Shown here piece after piece: positions 49,493 through 63,182 of a stretch of DNA of 64,000 nt. The translations under genes and the position numbers were made by a program. The number at the start of each line of letters is the position of its first letter. Position 1 is the first letter of the stretch. Source of the stretch: Haliotis rufescens (lineage: Eukaryota); the NCBI RefSeq assembly GCF_023055435.1, contig NW_025964001.1, positions 3,286,001-3,350,000 of the forward strand. Reading direction: 5' to 3'. The notes beneath the pieces are model-generated. The model did no database searches. It saw only the letters and a program-made list of their open reading frames with translations, and was not told where the DNA came from.

Positions 49493-52400
49493 TCTATCTG
49501 CCTAGTCACCTCTGCGGGATCAGCTCAAACACAAACGCATGCTCCAAGCACATGGTATAGTATTACCCCAGTCAATGGATCTGTGTGGCCATTCAAATTG
49601 TCATTCTCAGCGCCGTGGGGAGTATACAGACAGTATTGGATTGCGTCAAATTACCTTCTAATCCTATCGGGTACCCAACTGTGTGACCAGAGGCACAATT
49701 CGAAACAGTCATTTGCTTAAAGAGACGAATGTTTTACAACCATGTTTAAGTGTTGGCAGACCGGATAAATAAATAGACAAATAAATGAATCTTGATCTGA
49801 GTCTTAATATATCCCAATTCTATAAACATCTCCAGCAATGATTCCCATTACTACGATGTATGGTTTACACTGGAATAATTATTTCAAATACAAAATACTC
49901 TTCTGACACGACAGCTATTCATTAAACGAGGAAATGCATTAAGTTCCCCCGATACATGCGTGTGCAGGGGATTGAGAGAGACGCGGCTGTGAAAGAAATA
50001 GACGTCGACAAGGATGTCCGTGCGTAATGGTACTTAAACGGAGAGGGTACAGCCATCTAGAGAACGCTTTCTCACGACCAGTGTTCATGAACATCAAGTG
50101 ATTTTCCTCGCGTGTCGAAAGGGAGCATATTTGCCGGGTTACCATGGCAAAGTTAATCTATTTCCTAAGGCACCAACAAACCGACGTTTTTTTAACTAAA
50201 TGGTGATTCATTTTCCGTGGATGTAGTGCGAGAGTACCTAAGTGAAACAGATGCTCTGCCAGGAGAGGGGGTAGTGGCGATCGAGTTTACAGGGGATAAC
50301 AGACACAGACAAACACAGAAACAGACACAGACACACACTGACACAGACACACACTGACACAGACATACACTGACACAGACACACACAGACGTACACATAG
50401 ACAGACNNNNNNNNNNNNNNNNNNNNNNNNNNNNNNNNNNNNNNNNNNNNNNNNNNNNNNNNNNNNNNNNNNNNNNNNNNNNNNNNNNNNNNNNNNNNNN
50501 NNNNNNNNNNNNNNNNNNNNNNNNNNNNNNNNNNNNNNNNNNNNNNNNNNNNNNNNNNNNNNNNNNNNNNNNNNNNNNNNNNNNNNNNNNNNNNNNNNNN
50601 NNNNNNNNNNNNNNNNNNNNNNNNACACACAAACACACACGCACAGACACACACACGCACAGACACAGACATACACATAGACACAGACACACACACACAT
50701 ACATTGACACAGACACACACACAAACGTATACGGACATACACACAGACACAGAGACACGCAGACACACAGACATAGACATACACACACACGGGCACAGAC
50801 ACACACAGACGTCATGGCTATCATTGTGAGACACATTACAACAGCTGTATCGTGGCAATAATTGACACACACATTAGAACAGCTGTATGGTGGTCATCAT
50901 TGTCAGACACATTACAACAGCTGTATGGTGGTCATCATTGTCAGACACATTACAACAGCTGTATCGTGGACATCATTGTTAGACACATTACAACAGCTGT
51001 ATCGTGGACATCATTGTCAGACACATTACAACAGCTGTATCGTGGACATCATTGTCAGACACATTACAACAGCTGTATCATGGCTATCATTGACACACAC
51101 ATTACAACAGCTGTATCGTGGCCATCATTGTCAGACACATTACAACAGCTGTATCGTGGACATCATTGTCAGACACATTAGAACAGCTGTATCGTGGCCA
51201 TTATTGTCAGACACATGAAAAACAGCTGTATCGTGGACATCATTTTGAGACACATTACAACAGCTGTTTCGTGGTCATCATTGTCAGACACATTACAACA
51301 GCTGTATCGTGGCCATCATTGTCAGACACATTACAACAGCTGTATCGTGGACATCATTGTCAGACACATTACAACAGCTGTATCATGGCTATCATTGACA
51401 CACACATTACAACAGCTGTATCGTGGCCATCATTGTCAGACACATTACAACAGCTGTATCGTGGCCATCATTGTCAGACACATTACAACAGCTGTATCGT
51501 GAACACCATTGTCAGACACATTACAACAGCTGTATCGTGGCCATCATTGTCAGACACATTACAACAGCTGTATCGTGGACATCATTGTGAGACACATTAC
51601 AACAGCTGTATCATGGCTATCATTGTCAGACACATTACAACAGCTGTATCGTGGACATCATTGTCAGACACATTACAACAGCTGTATCGTGGCCATCATT
51701 GTCAGACACATTACAACAGCTTTATCGTGGACATCATTGTGAGACACATTAGAACAGCTGTATCGTGGACATCATTGTCAGACACATTACAACAGCTGTA
51801 TCGTGGCCATCATTGTCAGACACATTACAACAGCTGTATCGTGGACATCATTGTCAGACAAATTACAACAGCTGCATCGTGGCCATCATTGTCAGACACA
51901 TTACAACAGCTGTATCGTGGACATCATTGTCAGACACATTACAACAGCTGTATCGTGGCCATCATTGTCAGACACATTACAACAGCTGTATCGTGGACAT
52001 CATTGTCAGACACATTACAACAGCTGTATGGTGGTTATCATTGTCAGACACATTACAACAGCTGTATCGTGAACATCATTGTTAGACACATTACAACAGC
52101 TGTATGGTGGTTATCATTGTCAGACACATTACAACAGCTGTATCGTGGACATCATTGTTAGACACATTTCAACAGCTGTATCGTGGACATCATTGTCAGA
52201 CATATAATAACAGCTGTGTCGTGGACATCATTGTCAGACAAATTACAACAGCTGTATCGTGGCCATCATTGTCAGACACATTACAACAGCTGTATCGTGG
52301 CCATCATTGTCAGACACATTACAACAGCTGTATCGTGGACATCATTGTCAGGGGTATTTCAAGGCAAATATCTCGCCCACTATTGCATTATTTGTTATTT

Positions 52401-55400
52401 TCATTTCAACAGCTGAACCACTATTGTCAATAGGCACTACAACAGCTAAAGCACGCCCGCTATTGTCTAGAGTATTATTACAACAGCTAAAGCACGTCCG
52501 CTATTGTCAAGAGTATTATTACAACAGCTAAAGCACGTCCGCTATTATCACCAGCACTACAACAGCTAAAGCACGCCCGCCATTGTCAATAGTATTAGAA
52601 CAGCTAAAACACGGCCATAACTGTCAAAAGCATTATTACAACAGCTAATGCACCTCCGCTATTGTCACCAGCACTACATCAGCTAAAGCACATCCACTAT
52701 TGTCAACAGCATTATTTTAACAGCTAAAACACGGTCATTATTGTCAACAGCATTATTTCAACAGCTAAAACACGGTCATTATTGTCAACAGCATTATTTC
52801 AACAGCTAAAACACGGTCATTATTGTCAACAGCATTATTTCAACAGCTAAAACACGGTCATTATTGTCAACAGCATTATTTCAACAGCTAAAACACGGTC
52901 ATTATTGTCAACAGCATTATTTCAACAGCTAAAACACGGTCATTATTGTCAACAGCATTATTTCAACAGCTAAAACACGGTCATTATTGTCAACAGCATT
53001 ATTTCAACAGCTAAAACACGGTCATTATTGTCAACAGCATTATTTCAACAGCTAAAACACGGTCATTTTTGTCAACAGCATTATTACAACTATATCATGG
53101 CCACGTCTGTCATTTTCTGCACTCGTCCTGAGCAATAGTTTCAGCTAGATTGATTGTGTAAGGGTGGCAGGGACCAGAGCTTTTACAAAGACTGTTGGAA
53201 ATAGACTCCATACTGACACCACACAGACCTACTCCACAGATTACACCATCACCAGCAAAGGACTCGTGTAAATCAGTGTCGCAACTAGAGGACCTACCGT
53301 TGGCGAAATCAAAATGTCTGTTTAACAGATTAGTCTATTCACTATAACGTACCAGCATGTATTGTGGAGGTTGAAGCTTGGTGATATTGGGTGGCATTTG
53401 GTTGGCCGTGGATCTGTCTTGCGATCATTGGACGGGGTGGACTCCACAGAGAAGAAATCACCATGCTTGTTCCTCTGACACAACAAGGTGGTCCTAACGT
53501 CATGGATTACAAGGCCCGTCCACACGGAGTGGTTCATAATACCTCTTCTTCTAACATGTTAAAACAGTATGGTGACGTCACGTTATTGTAATTGCAGTTA
53601 ATTCCGAGCCAGGCCTTCATTGGTCATTCTGAACGAGCGTCAGGCAACACACGCTTACTTTTAGTGCAACCTGTGCGACTGGCGGGTGCTACCGTAGGGC
53701 AGGACATGCTTACCTTTTGGCGAAAACCATGTGTCATCACCGATTTTGAGTGATCCATTCACATTTTTATCCCTATTTTGCCTTCCGCGAATGTTTTTTT
53801 TTTCTGCGGGTAATCGAGACTGGTTGTTCTCTGACGTTGACATTTTATATTTTTACAAGTAAAACTTACTGGACTACAAGTCAATGTGCAAAATTATATA
53901 GAAATTATTTAAGAAACATAACGTGGTTCAAGTCGAAGAAATCACTCTAATCTTCCCTTCGGGGATCTTGATTCTACTTCCAGCATCAACAGGTTCAAGG
54001 AACTTCTGCATTACATCACAGATAGGAACTGGCCTCTTAGATACAGTCATTACCTAACTCCTTTTTAACATGCTTAGGACGTCTTGATGAGACGTGGTTA
54101 TGGGCTCAAGTTTCAGAACAGACTTCTGGCCCACCTGAGAAATTCCAAGGGTAGCAAGACAGAACGTTTCTCAGCAGCTCATCTGGTTAATGCCACGACT
54201 CGTGCAAGCTTAAATGTGCGCCATCAGTAGACATACGTGTCACGGAATCTTGATAGTCAGCGGACAATGGTAGATTGGTGTGGATTCAGATGTGGATGTC
54301 CTGACCAATGCATTGTTTTGCAAAGGAACCTATGTTTTGGAGCTTGTCACACTTTAATTGTAACCTTTCTACCGCGTTGATGTAGTTTGGTGCTTACATT
54401 TCCAGTATGTTGTTGCAACGTGCTTTGAAAACTGAAGATAGGTGGGCACACTCAAGGTAAACTGCTTTGGTATTATCAACTAACTTAGAGATTGACTGAT
54501 ATATAGAGAATCTCACCCGAGTATTTGACATCAAATATATCAACGAGTGTTGAGATTTTATTTATCATCCAACATCATTCTTTCAACTTCTTCAGTTTGT
54601 AGACAGTAATAAACAGTGTCTTAAGCGTAAAAAGTAGCAGTAGCAGAGCCATTAGTGATGTCATTTGATGATAACCAATGACGTCACAATGGTCTGCAAA
54701 GCGTTGTGGTGCAATTTCATTGCAGCGATATCTACAATAGCTTGATCTTACCCAAGCAATATCTCCTGTGGTAGCCAGTATTTTTTGGGATGATAAACAT
54801 TCATATCTAACAAATATGTATTTTTCACTTCATACATAACATTCCTCCTTATGAATCAAGACGCCATTCTATCTGAGTGGGGTCTGTCATCGGACCCGGC
54901 TATTACGACATGTTTCCCTATCTTGTCACATATGTAATCTGCCTTGCATTCGATTTCTCGTCAAGTCAGCTAACACAATGTGCATTTGGAAAATCAACCT
55001 TCTTCATCAAAGTTCCTTGAAAGCTTGTGGCATTTCTCGGGACTAAACCTCCCTGAAAATGAAAGGTCATTCTGCAACAACAGACCAATCAAAATGGCTT
55101 TAAGTCAAGCCGCCACACAGAGCAAGATCTAAAGGAGTTTTGCACTCCACATATGAATATTACGTAACAGCCCTCTGTAAGTTTCCATAAAGAGATCTTA
55201 GGGCAACGACTATCATCAATCTGTGTATAGAGTTAATGCCGTCGAAGATCGCCTTGTGCCACGGGGCTCCGACGGAGAGAGTTTAAAGTGAACACCACGG
55301 GATTACGTCAAGAGAATTGTTATTTTGTATACCGTCCATGTAGTTGAATACCGTCAATGTAGTTTTATATCGTCCATGTCGTTGTATACCGTTCCTGTAG

Positions 55401-57414
55401 TTGGATACCGCCCATATAGTTGGTTACATCGTATATATTGTTTAGATACCGTCCATATAATTGGGTACGTCATGACTATTGTGAGGATACGTCATGACTA
55501 TTGTTTGGATACGCCATGAATATTGTTTGGATACGATATGAATATTGTTTGGATACGTCATAAATATTGTTTGAATATGTTATTAATGGTGTTTGGATAC
55601 GTTATGAATATTGTTTGGATATGTCATAAATATTGTTTGGATATGTCATGTTGTTTGCATACGTCATGAATATTTTTTGGATACGTGACGCACATTGTTT
55701 GGATACGTCATGAATGTTGTTTGTATATGTCATGAATATTGTTTTGATACGCTATGAATACAGGTTCGATACGTCATGAACATTGTTTGGATACGTCATG
55801 AATACTGTTTTGATACGTCATAAATATTGTTTGGATACGTCATGAATAATTTTTGGATACGTCATGAATGTCGTTGGATACGTTATGAATAATGTTTGGA
55901 TACGTCATGAATGTTGTTTGGATACGTCATGAATACTGTTTGGATATGGCATGAATATTGTTTGGATATGTCATGAATACTGTTTTATGCTTCATTAATA
56001 TTGTTTGGATACGTCATGTTGTTAGGATACGTCATGAATATTGTTTGGGTACGTCATGAATATTGTTTGGATATGTAATGTTGTTTCGATACGTCATGAA
56101 TGTTGTTTGGATACTTCATGAATACTGTTTCGATATGGCATGGATATTGTTTGGATATGTCATGAATACTGTTTGTATGCTTCATTAATATTGTTTGGAT
56201 ACGTCATGTTGTTAGGATACGTCATGAATATTGTTTGGATACGTCATGTTGTTTGGATACGTCATGAATATTGTTTGGATATGTAATATTGTTTCGATAC
56301 GTCATGAATATTGTTTGGGTACGTCATGAATATTGTTTGGATATGTAATGTTGTTTCGATACTTCATGAATATTGTTTGGATACGTCAAGAATATTGTTT
56401 CGATACGTCGTGTTGTTTGGATACGTCATGAATATTGTTTGGATACGTCATGAATATTGTTTGGATATGTAATGTTGTTTCGATACGTCATGAACATTGT
56501 TTGGGTACGTCATGAATATTGTTTGGATACGTCATGTTGTTAAGATACGTCATGAATATTGTTTGGATACGTCATGAATATTATTTGAATATGTTATGTT
56601 GTTTGGATCTATCTGCCTAGTCACCTCTGCGGGATCAGCTCAAACACAAACGCATGCTCCAAGCACATGGTATAGTATTACCCCAGTCAATGGATCTGTG
56701 TGGCCATTCAAATTGTCATTCTCAGCGCCGTGGGGAGTATACAGACAGTATTGGATTGCGTCAAATTACCTTCTAATCCTATCGGGTACCCAACTGTGTG
56801 ACCAGAGGCACAATTCGAAACAGTCATTTGCTTAAAGAGACGAATGTTTTACAACCATGTTTAAGTGTTGGCAGACCGGATAAATAAATAGACAAATAAA
56901 TGAATCTTGATCTGAGTCTTAATATATCCCAATTCTATAAACATCTCCAGCAATGATTCCCATTACTACGATGTATGGTTTACACTGGAATAATTATTTC
57001 AAATACAAAATACTCTTCTGACACGACAGCTATTCATTAAACGAGGAAATGCATTAAGTTCCCCCGATACATGCGTGTGCAGGGGATTGAGAGAGACGCG
57101 GCTGTGAAAGAAATAGACGTCGACAAGGATGTCCGTGCGTAATGGTACTTAAACGGAGAGGGTACAGCCATCTAGAGAACGCTTTCTCACGACCAGTGTT
57201 CATGAACATCAAGTGATTTTCCTCGCGTGTCGAAAGGGAGCATATTTGCCGGGTTACCATGGCAAAGTTAATCTATTTCCTAAGGCACCAACAAACCGAC
57301 GTTTTTTTAACTAAATGGTGATTCATTTTCCGTGGATGTAGTGCGAGAGTACCTAAGTGAAACAGATGCTCTGCCAGGAGAGGGGGTAGTGGCGATCGAG
57401 TTTACAGGGGATAA

Positions 57415-58310
57415 CAGACACAGACAAACACAGAAACAGACACAGACACACACTGACACAGACACACACTGACACAGACATACACTGACACAGACACACA
57501 CAGACGTACACATAGACAGACNNNNNNNNNNNNNNNNNNNNNNNNNNNNNNNNNNNNNNNNNNNNNNNNNNNNNNNNNNNNNNNNNNNNNNNNNNNNNNN
57601 NNNNNNNNNNNNNNNNNNNNNNNNNNNNNNNNNNNNNNNNNNNNNNNNNNNNNNNNNNNNNNNNNNNNNNNNNNNNNNNNNNNNNNNNNNNNNNNNNNNN
57701 NNNNNNNNNNNNNNNNNNNNNNNNNNNNNNNNNNNNNNNACACACAAACACACACGCACAGACACACACACGCACAGACACAGACATACACATAGACACA
57801 GACACACACACACATACATTGACACAGACACACACACAAACGTATACGGACATACACACAGACACAGAGACACGCAGACACACAGACATAGACATACACA
57901 CACACGGGCACAGACACACACAGACGTATACGGACATACACAGAGACACAGAGACACACAGACATAGACATACACACACGGGCACAGACACACACACAGA
58001 CGTATACGGACAGACACAGAGACACANNNNNNNNNNNNNNNNNNNNNNNNNNNNNNNNNNNNNNNNNNNNNNNNNNNNNNNNNNNNNNNNNNNNNNNNNN
58101 NNNNNNNNNNNNNNNNNNNNNNNNNNNNNNNNNNNNNNNNNNNNNNNNNNNNNNNNNNNNNNNNNNNNNNNNNNNNNNNNNNNNNNNNNNNNNNNNNNNN
58201 NNNNNNNNNNNACACGGACACACACGGAGACACAGACACAGATATAGACACGGACACACACAGACAGACAGAGACACGGACACAGACACAAACAGACAGA
58301 CATACATACA
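57415..58310. repeat. CA/CAGA-rich microsatellite with N gaps (57522-57739, 58027-58211); partial copy at 50300-50811
   Basis: Direct reading. Confidence 0.9.
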
Positions 58311-58689
58311 TATCTGTTTTCATTAACTGTCACTATGTCACTGTATACCTTGTCCAATAACCAAACGAGGGGACACGCTTTACTGTAAATGAGAAATTGA
58401 AGCTAATAGTTGAATAATCCCTTTATCTGATCGTCTTAGCATTCTACATGTAGCTTAAATCAATTCATTTGAAGCAGCTAGGATGTCTTAATTGACTTGT
58501 GGAGTAGTCNNNNNNNNNNNNNNNNNNNNNNNNNNNNNNNNNNNNNNNNNNNNNNNNNNNNNNNNNNNNNNNNNNNNNNNNNNNNNNNNNNNNNNNNNNN
58601 NNNNNNNNNNNNNNNNNNNNNNNNNNNNNNNNNNNNNNNNNNNNNNNNNNNNNNNNNNNNNNNNNNNNNNNNNNNNNNNNNNNNNNNNN

Positions 58690-58909
58690 AGGACTAGTGC
58701 CGGTTTTATAGTGCTAGCCCACTGACATACCATGCCGCAGTTTAACATAAATACCCCACTCAGTCACAGTATACCGACTTCAAGCCAACCAGTCCTTGTT
58801 TTGTCCCCCTTAATGCCGAGAGCCAGGCAGGATAACAACAAATACCATCTTTTAGCGTCTTTTGGCATGACGCGGCCGGGGATCGAACCATTACACCACA
58901 GAGGCGGTT
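58690..58909 (-). mobile_element. SINE family B, partial (tail lost in N gap 58510-58689)
   Basis: GGACTAGTGCCG..TATAGTGCTAGCCCACTGA..GACGCGGCCGGGGATCGAACC. Confidence 0.85.
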
Positions 58910-59058
58910 AATTTCTTGAGATAATGAAAGAATATGCATCGTTTTTCTTACTGATGGCTTACACAATCAGATCAATAATTTCTTGAGCATGGGGTTGGGA
59001 TTTACTTCGTGTTTCTAATACTTGTGGATTGTTGTACCCAGTTTTCTAAATAGTTTAC

Positions 59059-59333
59059 AGGACACGGGTGGCCCAGTCGTCTAAGGCACCGCAATTCGCA
59101 GTGCAGAGTTGCGTCCCTTAGGCACGCCAGAAACCAATGATCGTGGTACGAATCCCGGTTCGCCCCGATAATGTTTCCAAGTTTGTCAGCACCATACCCG
59201 TGCTCGTGGGTTTCACCGAAGTGGTAAACGTCTGAGACCTGCATCGCTTCGGGCTTTGCTCCCACATTAAGCTGACACGAAGTGATGTAATTGAAATACT
59301 GTTCAAAGCGGCAGTAAACCCAACTCACTCACT
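59059..59333 (+). mobile_element. SINE family C
   Basis: GGGTGGCCCAGTCGTCTAAGGCACCG..GGTACGAATCCCGG..AAGCGGCAGTAAACCCAACTCACTCA. Confidence 0.88.
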
Positions 59334-59525
59334 AACTAAATTATTAGGGTAGTCAGAAATGCTCGACAGAAGGGCTTCTCGTTAGAAGCTCCTGTTGCTT
59401 GGCAGCTCGGTATTGCGTTATGTCCTAATTACTTTCCGAGTCGGTGTAACTTGGTGTTACCGCCAAGGCCAAGTCCACCCTGCGTTCCCCTCACAGGGGT
59501 ACAGCTAATAATAACAGCTGTAGTC

Positions 59526-59724
59526 GTTGTTGTTGGTTTGTTGTTTAACGCCAAACCCAGCAATATTCCAGCTATATGACGGCGGTCTGTAAATAATCGA
59601 GTCTGGACCAGACAACCCAGTGATTGACATCACGAGCATCGATCCACGCAATTGAGGTACGATGACATCTATCAACCAAGTCAGCGAGCCAGACCACCCG
59701 ATCCCGTTAGTTGCCTCTGACGAC
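59526..59724 (-). mobile_element. SINE family A, 5'-truncated
   Basis: Reverse complement of the family A body and tail. Confidence 0.85.
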
Positions 59725-59805
59725 ATTCACAATGGATACTAAACCAACTGGCTCACAATTATTTTACGACGCTTCACTAGGTTTGTTAATGTGAAACTTT
59801 TTATA

Positions 59806-60069
59806 TGAGTGAAGTTGGTTTTACCGCCGCTTTGGGGAGTATTCCAGTTATATCACAGCGTGTCAGCTTAATGTGGAAGGAAAGCCCGAAGTGAATCAGG
59901 TCTCCGACATGTACTACTTTGGTGAAACCCACGAGCACGGGTGTGGTGCTGACAAAAAAAAAACAGGTCGAACAAGCATTCGAACCCATGAGCGTAGGAT
60001 TCTGGCACACAAAGGGGCGTAACTCTACCCAGTGAATTGCGATGCCTTCGACGACTGGCTCATCCTGTC
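59806..60069 (-). mobile_element. Diverged SINE family C
   Basis: CCGCCGCTTT..TATTCCAGTTATATCACAGCGTGTCAGCTTAATGTGG..GGTGAAACCCACGAGCACGGG. Confidence 0.8.
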
Positions 60070-60497
60070 CGCTAATGTCTTGACGTGACAGACATAAAAA
60101 TGAAGTCGGCATTTTAATTGACATTTGCAGCTCTGTCTGTAGAGAATAATGGCTGCTGGCTGACACGAACATCGTCTGCAAGTGGAGCTGCTCGTCTTAC
60201 AAATCAAAAATTCACTCTACACCAGTAACACAACATACAGTTGCCCTCGAGAGAGAGAGTCACATTGCACACCCCACTCCATCGGTTCTCCAACCATAAG
60301 GTCAAATTCAGTGGACCTACAGCCTGGTAGCTAAAACCTAAGCAAAAATCACGTTAAAACAATCACTTGGTTTATTTGCCAAGGTGATACATACAAAACA
60401 CACCTGTCCAAAAAAGGTCAAAACAAAATAGCTATGATACATAGAGGATTCATCACGAGTGTTTTTTTTAATATGGGAAATATCAACCGAATCTTAG

Positions 60498-60812
60498 TTA
60501 ATCGGTATTTGCCGAGCCTTTGTTTTGATCTAGGATCACACCATCGATCATGCCGTCCTCAACAGCCACAAATCTTCCTTGGGCATCTTTCGGCTTTGTG
60601 TTCGTCGTCTGCTTCGCCGTGCTCGACGATGGCGTTTCGATGATGAAACTTTGGCCACAGGGAAGTTTTGATAATCTGCCTTCATCACAGTCAAATTCAA
60701 ATTCGGTACCATCAACCTGTAACCTGTAATATCCATTTGTCAACAGGGATATCACTGTAGCACTTCCCCTTTGATCTATTCAAACATTGTCTCCAACATC
60801 AAAGGTATCCAT
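60498..60812 (-). pseudogene. Disabled ORF N-terminus, possibly from a Crypton/DUF3504-type tyrosine-recombinase element
   Basis: MDTFDVGDNV*IDQRGSATVISLLTNGYYRLQVDGTEFEFDCDEGRL...GRFVAVEDGMIDGVILDQNKGSANTD*LRFG. The RF...NT..FG spacing resembles N-termini of DUF3504 proteins (recalled, unverified). Confidence 0.3.
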
Positions 60813-61385
60813 GTTGTTTGTAAACACCTACTCACGTGCACCGGCGAAAAAAGTCCCACTTCCGGTTATCTAATTTGCATATCTAATTTGCATACATATG
60901 TCATTGGGGTATGACATACATGTTTTTGTCATATGCTTGTGTCAGGGATAAATGCTTCAGTTAAATGATACTTAGTTTAATTATTCCAGCAATGTTCTAA
61001 TTGGTCATTACAACCATGTGTAAAGATGTTAATGAGTTTTATGTAGATGCTGTGATGGTGTCACAGTCGATGAGGTGGATCAATGCGTACTTGATTGTTC
61101 AAACCAATATTTCATTTAAAAGATGGCAGAGCCGCATGAATAGGCAATGTTATTGAAATGTTGAAAGCCCCGAAAATGTGGTAATGCCTTATCTTAAAGC
61201 AATATTTAAAGGACTGTTTGTGTCTGGTAATTTTTCTTGATGTTTTGACTACAGCTGCCAACAACGACTAGACTGTTATTGGTTACTGGAGACCTATTCT
61301 ACCCCGGATCTTCACGGTTAACTACCGGGGTATCTCACTTCTCAGCGTCTCAGGTAAAGTCTACACCACTTTTCCATGTAAACGG

Positions 61386-61670
61386 ACCCGTGAATGTCCG
61401 GGGTAGAATAGGTCTTCAGCATACCATGTTTGTCTTTCCGTGAATATCCGGGGTAGAATAGGTCATCAGCAACCCATGCTTGTCGTAAGAGGCGACTAAG
61501 GGGATCGGGCGGTCAGGCTCGCTGACTTGGTTGATGCATGTCATCGTATCCTAATTGCGTGGATAGATGCTCATGATGTCAATCACTGGATTTTCTAGTA
61601 CAGGATCAATTATTTACAGACCGCCGTCATACAGCTGGAATATTGCTTGGTGCGGCTTTGAACAACAAAC
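61386..61670 (+). mobile_element. SINE family A with a tandemly duplicated head; an inverted head fragment lies at 61289-61318
   Basis: CCGTGAA..TCCGGGGTAGAATAGGTC occurs at 61388 and 61438, and its reverse complement at ~61290-61317. Confidence 0.88.
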
Positions 61671-61699
61671 ATACACACTTTGTAAACGACTAACGCTCT

Positions 61700-62700
61700 G
61701 CTCAATCATAACGAATATAGTACCAGAAACTCAAGCCTGCTTAACACAGGTTTATTCAACGACCAACCACCTATTTACATTATATGCTATGGTACAGAAA
61801 TGTTAAACCAAAAAAAACCAGAGTTTATGTGTGTGTTTTAAGATTTTAAGAAAGCGTATGATTTAGTAAATCGGACAATTTATGGCTTCTTTTAAAAGCT
61901 TATGGTCCGAATGGTAAAATGCTGAACGCCTTAAGAAGTATTTATAAAGGTGTTAAATCTTGTGAAAGAGGAACGCTAAATGTAAACGATATTCTGATTG
62001 TCCAAATGGTTTGGGCCAAGGATGCACTTTAAGCCCACTACTAATTGTTCATTAGCGAACTGTCAAAGGAAAGGTAAGTCTCATGGCAACGTTGTACCCA
62101 GTTACTTCCTGATATATTAGAAATTATTCACTGTTATTCGCTGACGACGTTAGTTTAGTGTCAGCGCCAATGGGTTACAGACGTAATTAATTATACTTGA
62201 AACGAATTTCGGTAAGTGGAACGTAAAGCTTAAAATTTGGACCAGACGAAAACTGGTGTATTGAGACGTGGGGGGTACTCTTTCGAAAAAGGATATTTGG
62301 CATTATAGAGGAAATTTATACCCAGCTACAAATATCCTGGCTTACTCTTTATTAGTCAGGAAATCAGACTTGTCCATTATGGGGAAAAGATCACTCCTTG
62401 AAACGGTTGTGAGTCTACTGTCTAACTCTTTCATTAGGGTACATATATCAACATGGTCTGTTTTTCAAATCTGGCACTCACTGGTTAATTCAAGTTCACG
62501 TTTCCATCTATACAAAGAATTTACGAGTCTATTAGAACCAGGATATATTTAGAAACATTCTTTGGAGATTTGAAGCGGATCTTTTAATATTGAAAAACAA
62601 GGGAAATATCGGCAATTGATAGATCACTAAAAATATGTCGAATTTGCAACTACGACAGAGAGGGCGAATTCCACTTTCTACTTATTTGTTTATATTATGA
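61700..62700 (+). mobile_element. Decayed non-LTR retrotransposon RT (clade uncertain, RTE-X-like)
   Basis: YSTTNHLFTLYAMVQK, DFKKAYDLVNR, GKMLNALRSIYKGVKSC, GLGQGCTLSPLL, LLFADDVSLVS, and C-terminal CRICNYDREGEFHFLLIC. Confidence 0.82.
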
Positions 62701-62794
62701 AATTGAAGTTCATTATGAGAAATATATCTGCCGGAAGGTTTTGGTGAATACCCTCAAGACAGTTTGGGGCACAAAGAAAATTTTCAAAGATATG

Positions 62795-62890
62795 GTTGTT
62801 TGTTGCACTCAGCAATATTCCAGCTATGTGACGGTGGTCTGTAAATAATTGAGTCTTGACCCGACAATCCAGTGATTGATAACATGCATA
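62795..62890 (-). mobile_element. SINE family A 3' fragment
   Basis: GCACTCAGCAATATTCCAGCTAT.TGACGG.GGTCTGTAAATAAT. Confidence 0.8.
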
Positions 62891-63182
62891 AGCATGCCAC
62901 TTCTAACATTAGGTTGTTCGAGCCACTTGAGGTTGAATATTGGCTCGTGTATCAGCACCGGTAATCTATGCGACAATGTTCGGCTCCTGTTAATTTGCCG
63001 TCGATATAGGTGTTGCTTGGTAGTAAAGTTGACTAGGCATAACCCACAATGTGTCTTCAAGGAGGAACCTTCCGCTTGCAAATGGACTATTTCCTGTGGA
63101 CTCGCGTAAAAGGACACAAGAAAAAGAGTTGTTGACATCTTTGCTTGTTGCCTGGGGAACTATCATTAATATGATCCATTAC

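Larger units (their letters stand above)
43697..57926. repeat. 7,115-bp head-to-tail duplication (copy 1 43697-50811, copy 2 50812-57926)
   Basis: All ORFs recur at offset 7115. The N gaps 50407-50624 and 57522-57739 are both 218 nt. The 38-, 41- and 22-bp arrays are repeated in copy 2. Confidence 0.97.

Noticed and set aside
61386-61505. HDV-like or pistol fold for the family A head
   Set aside because: No room for HDV P3/P1.1 between the pairing segments, and no pistol P2 between the A-rich linker and the pseudoknot strand. Kept only as an unclassified structure.
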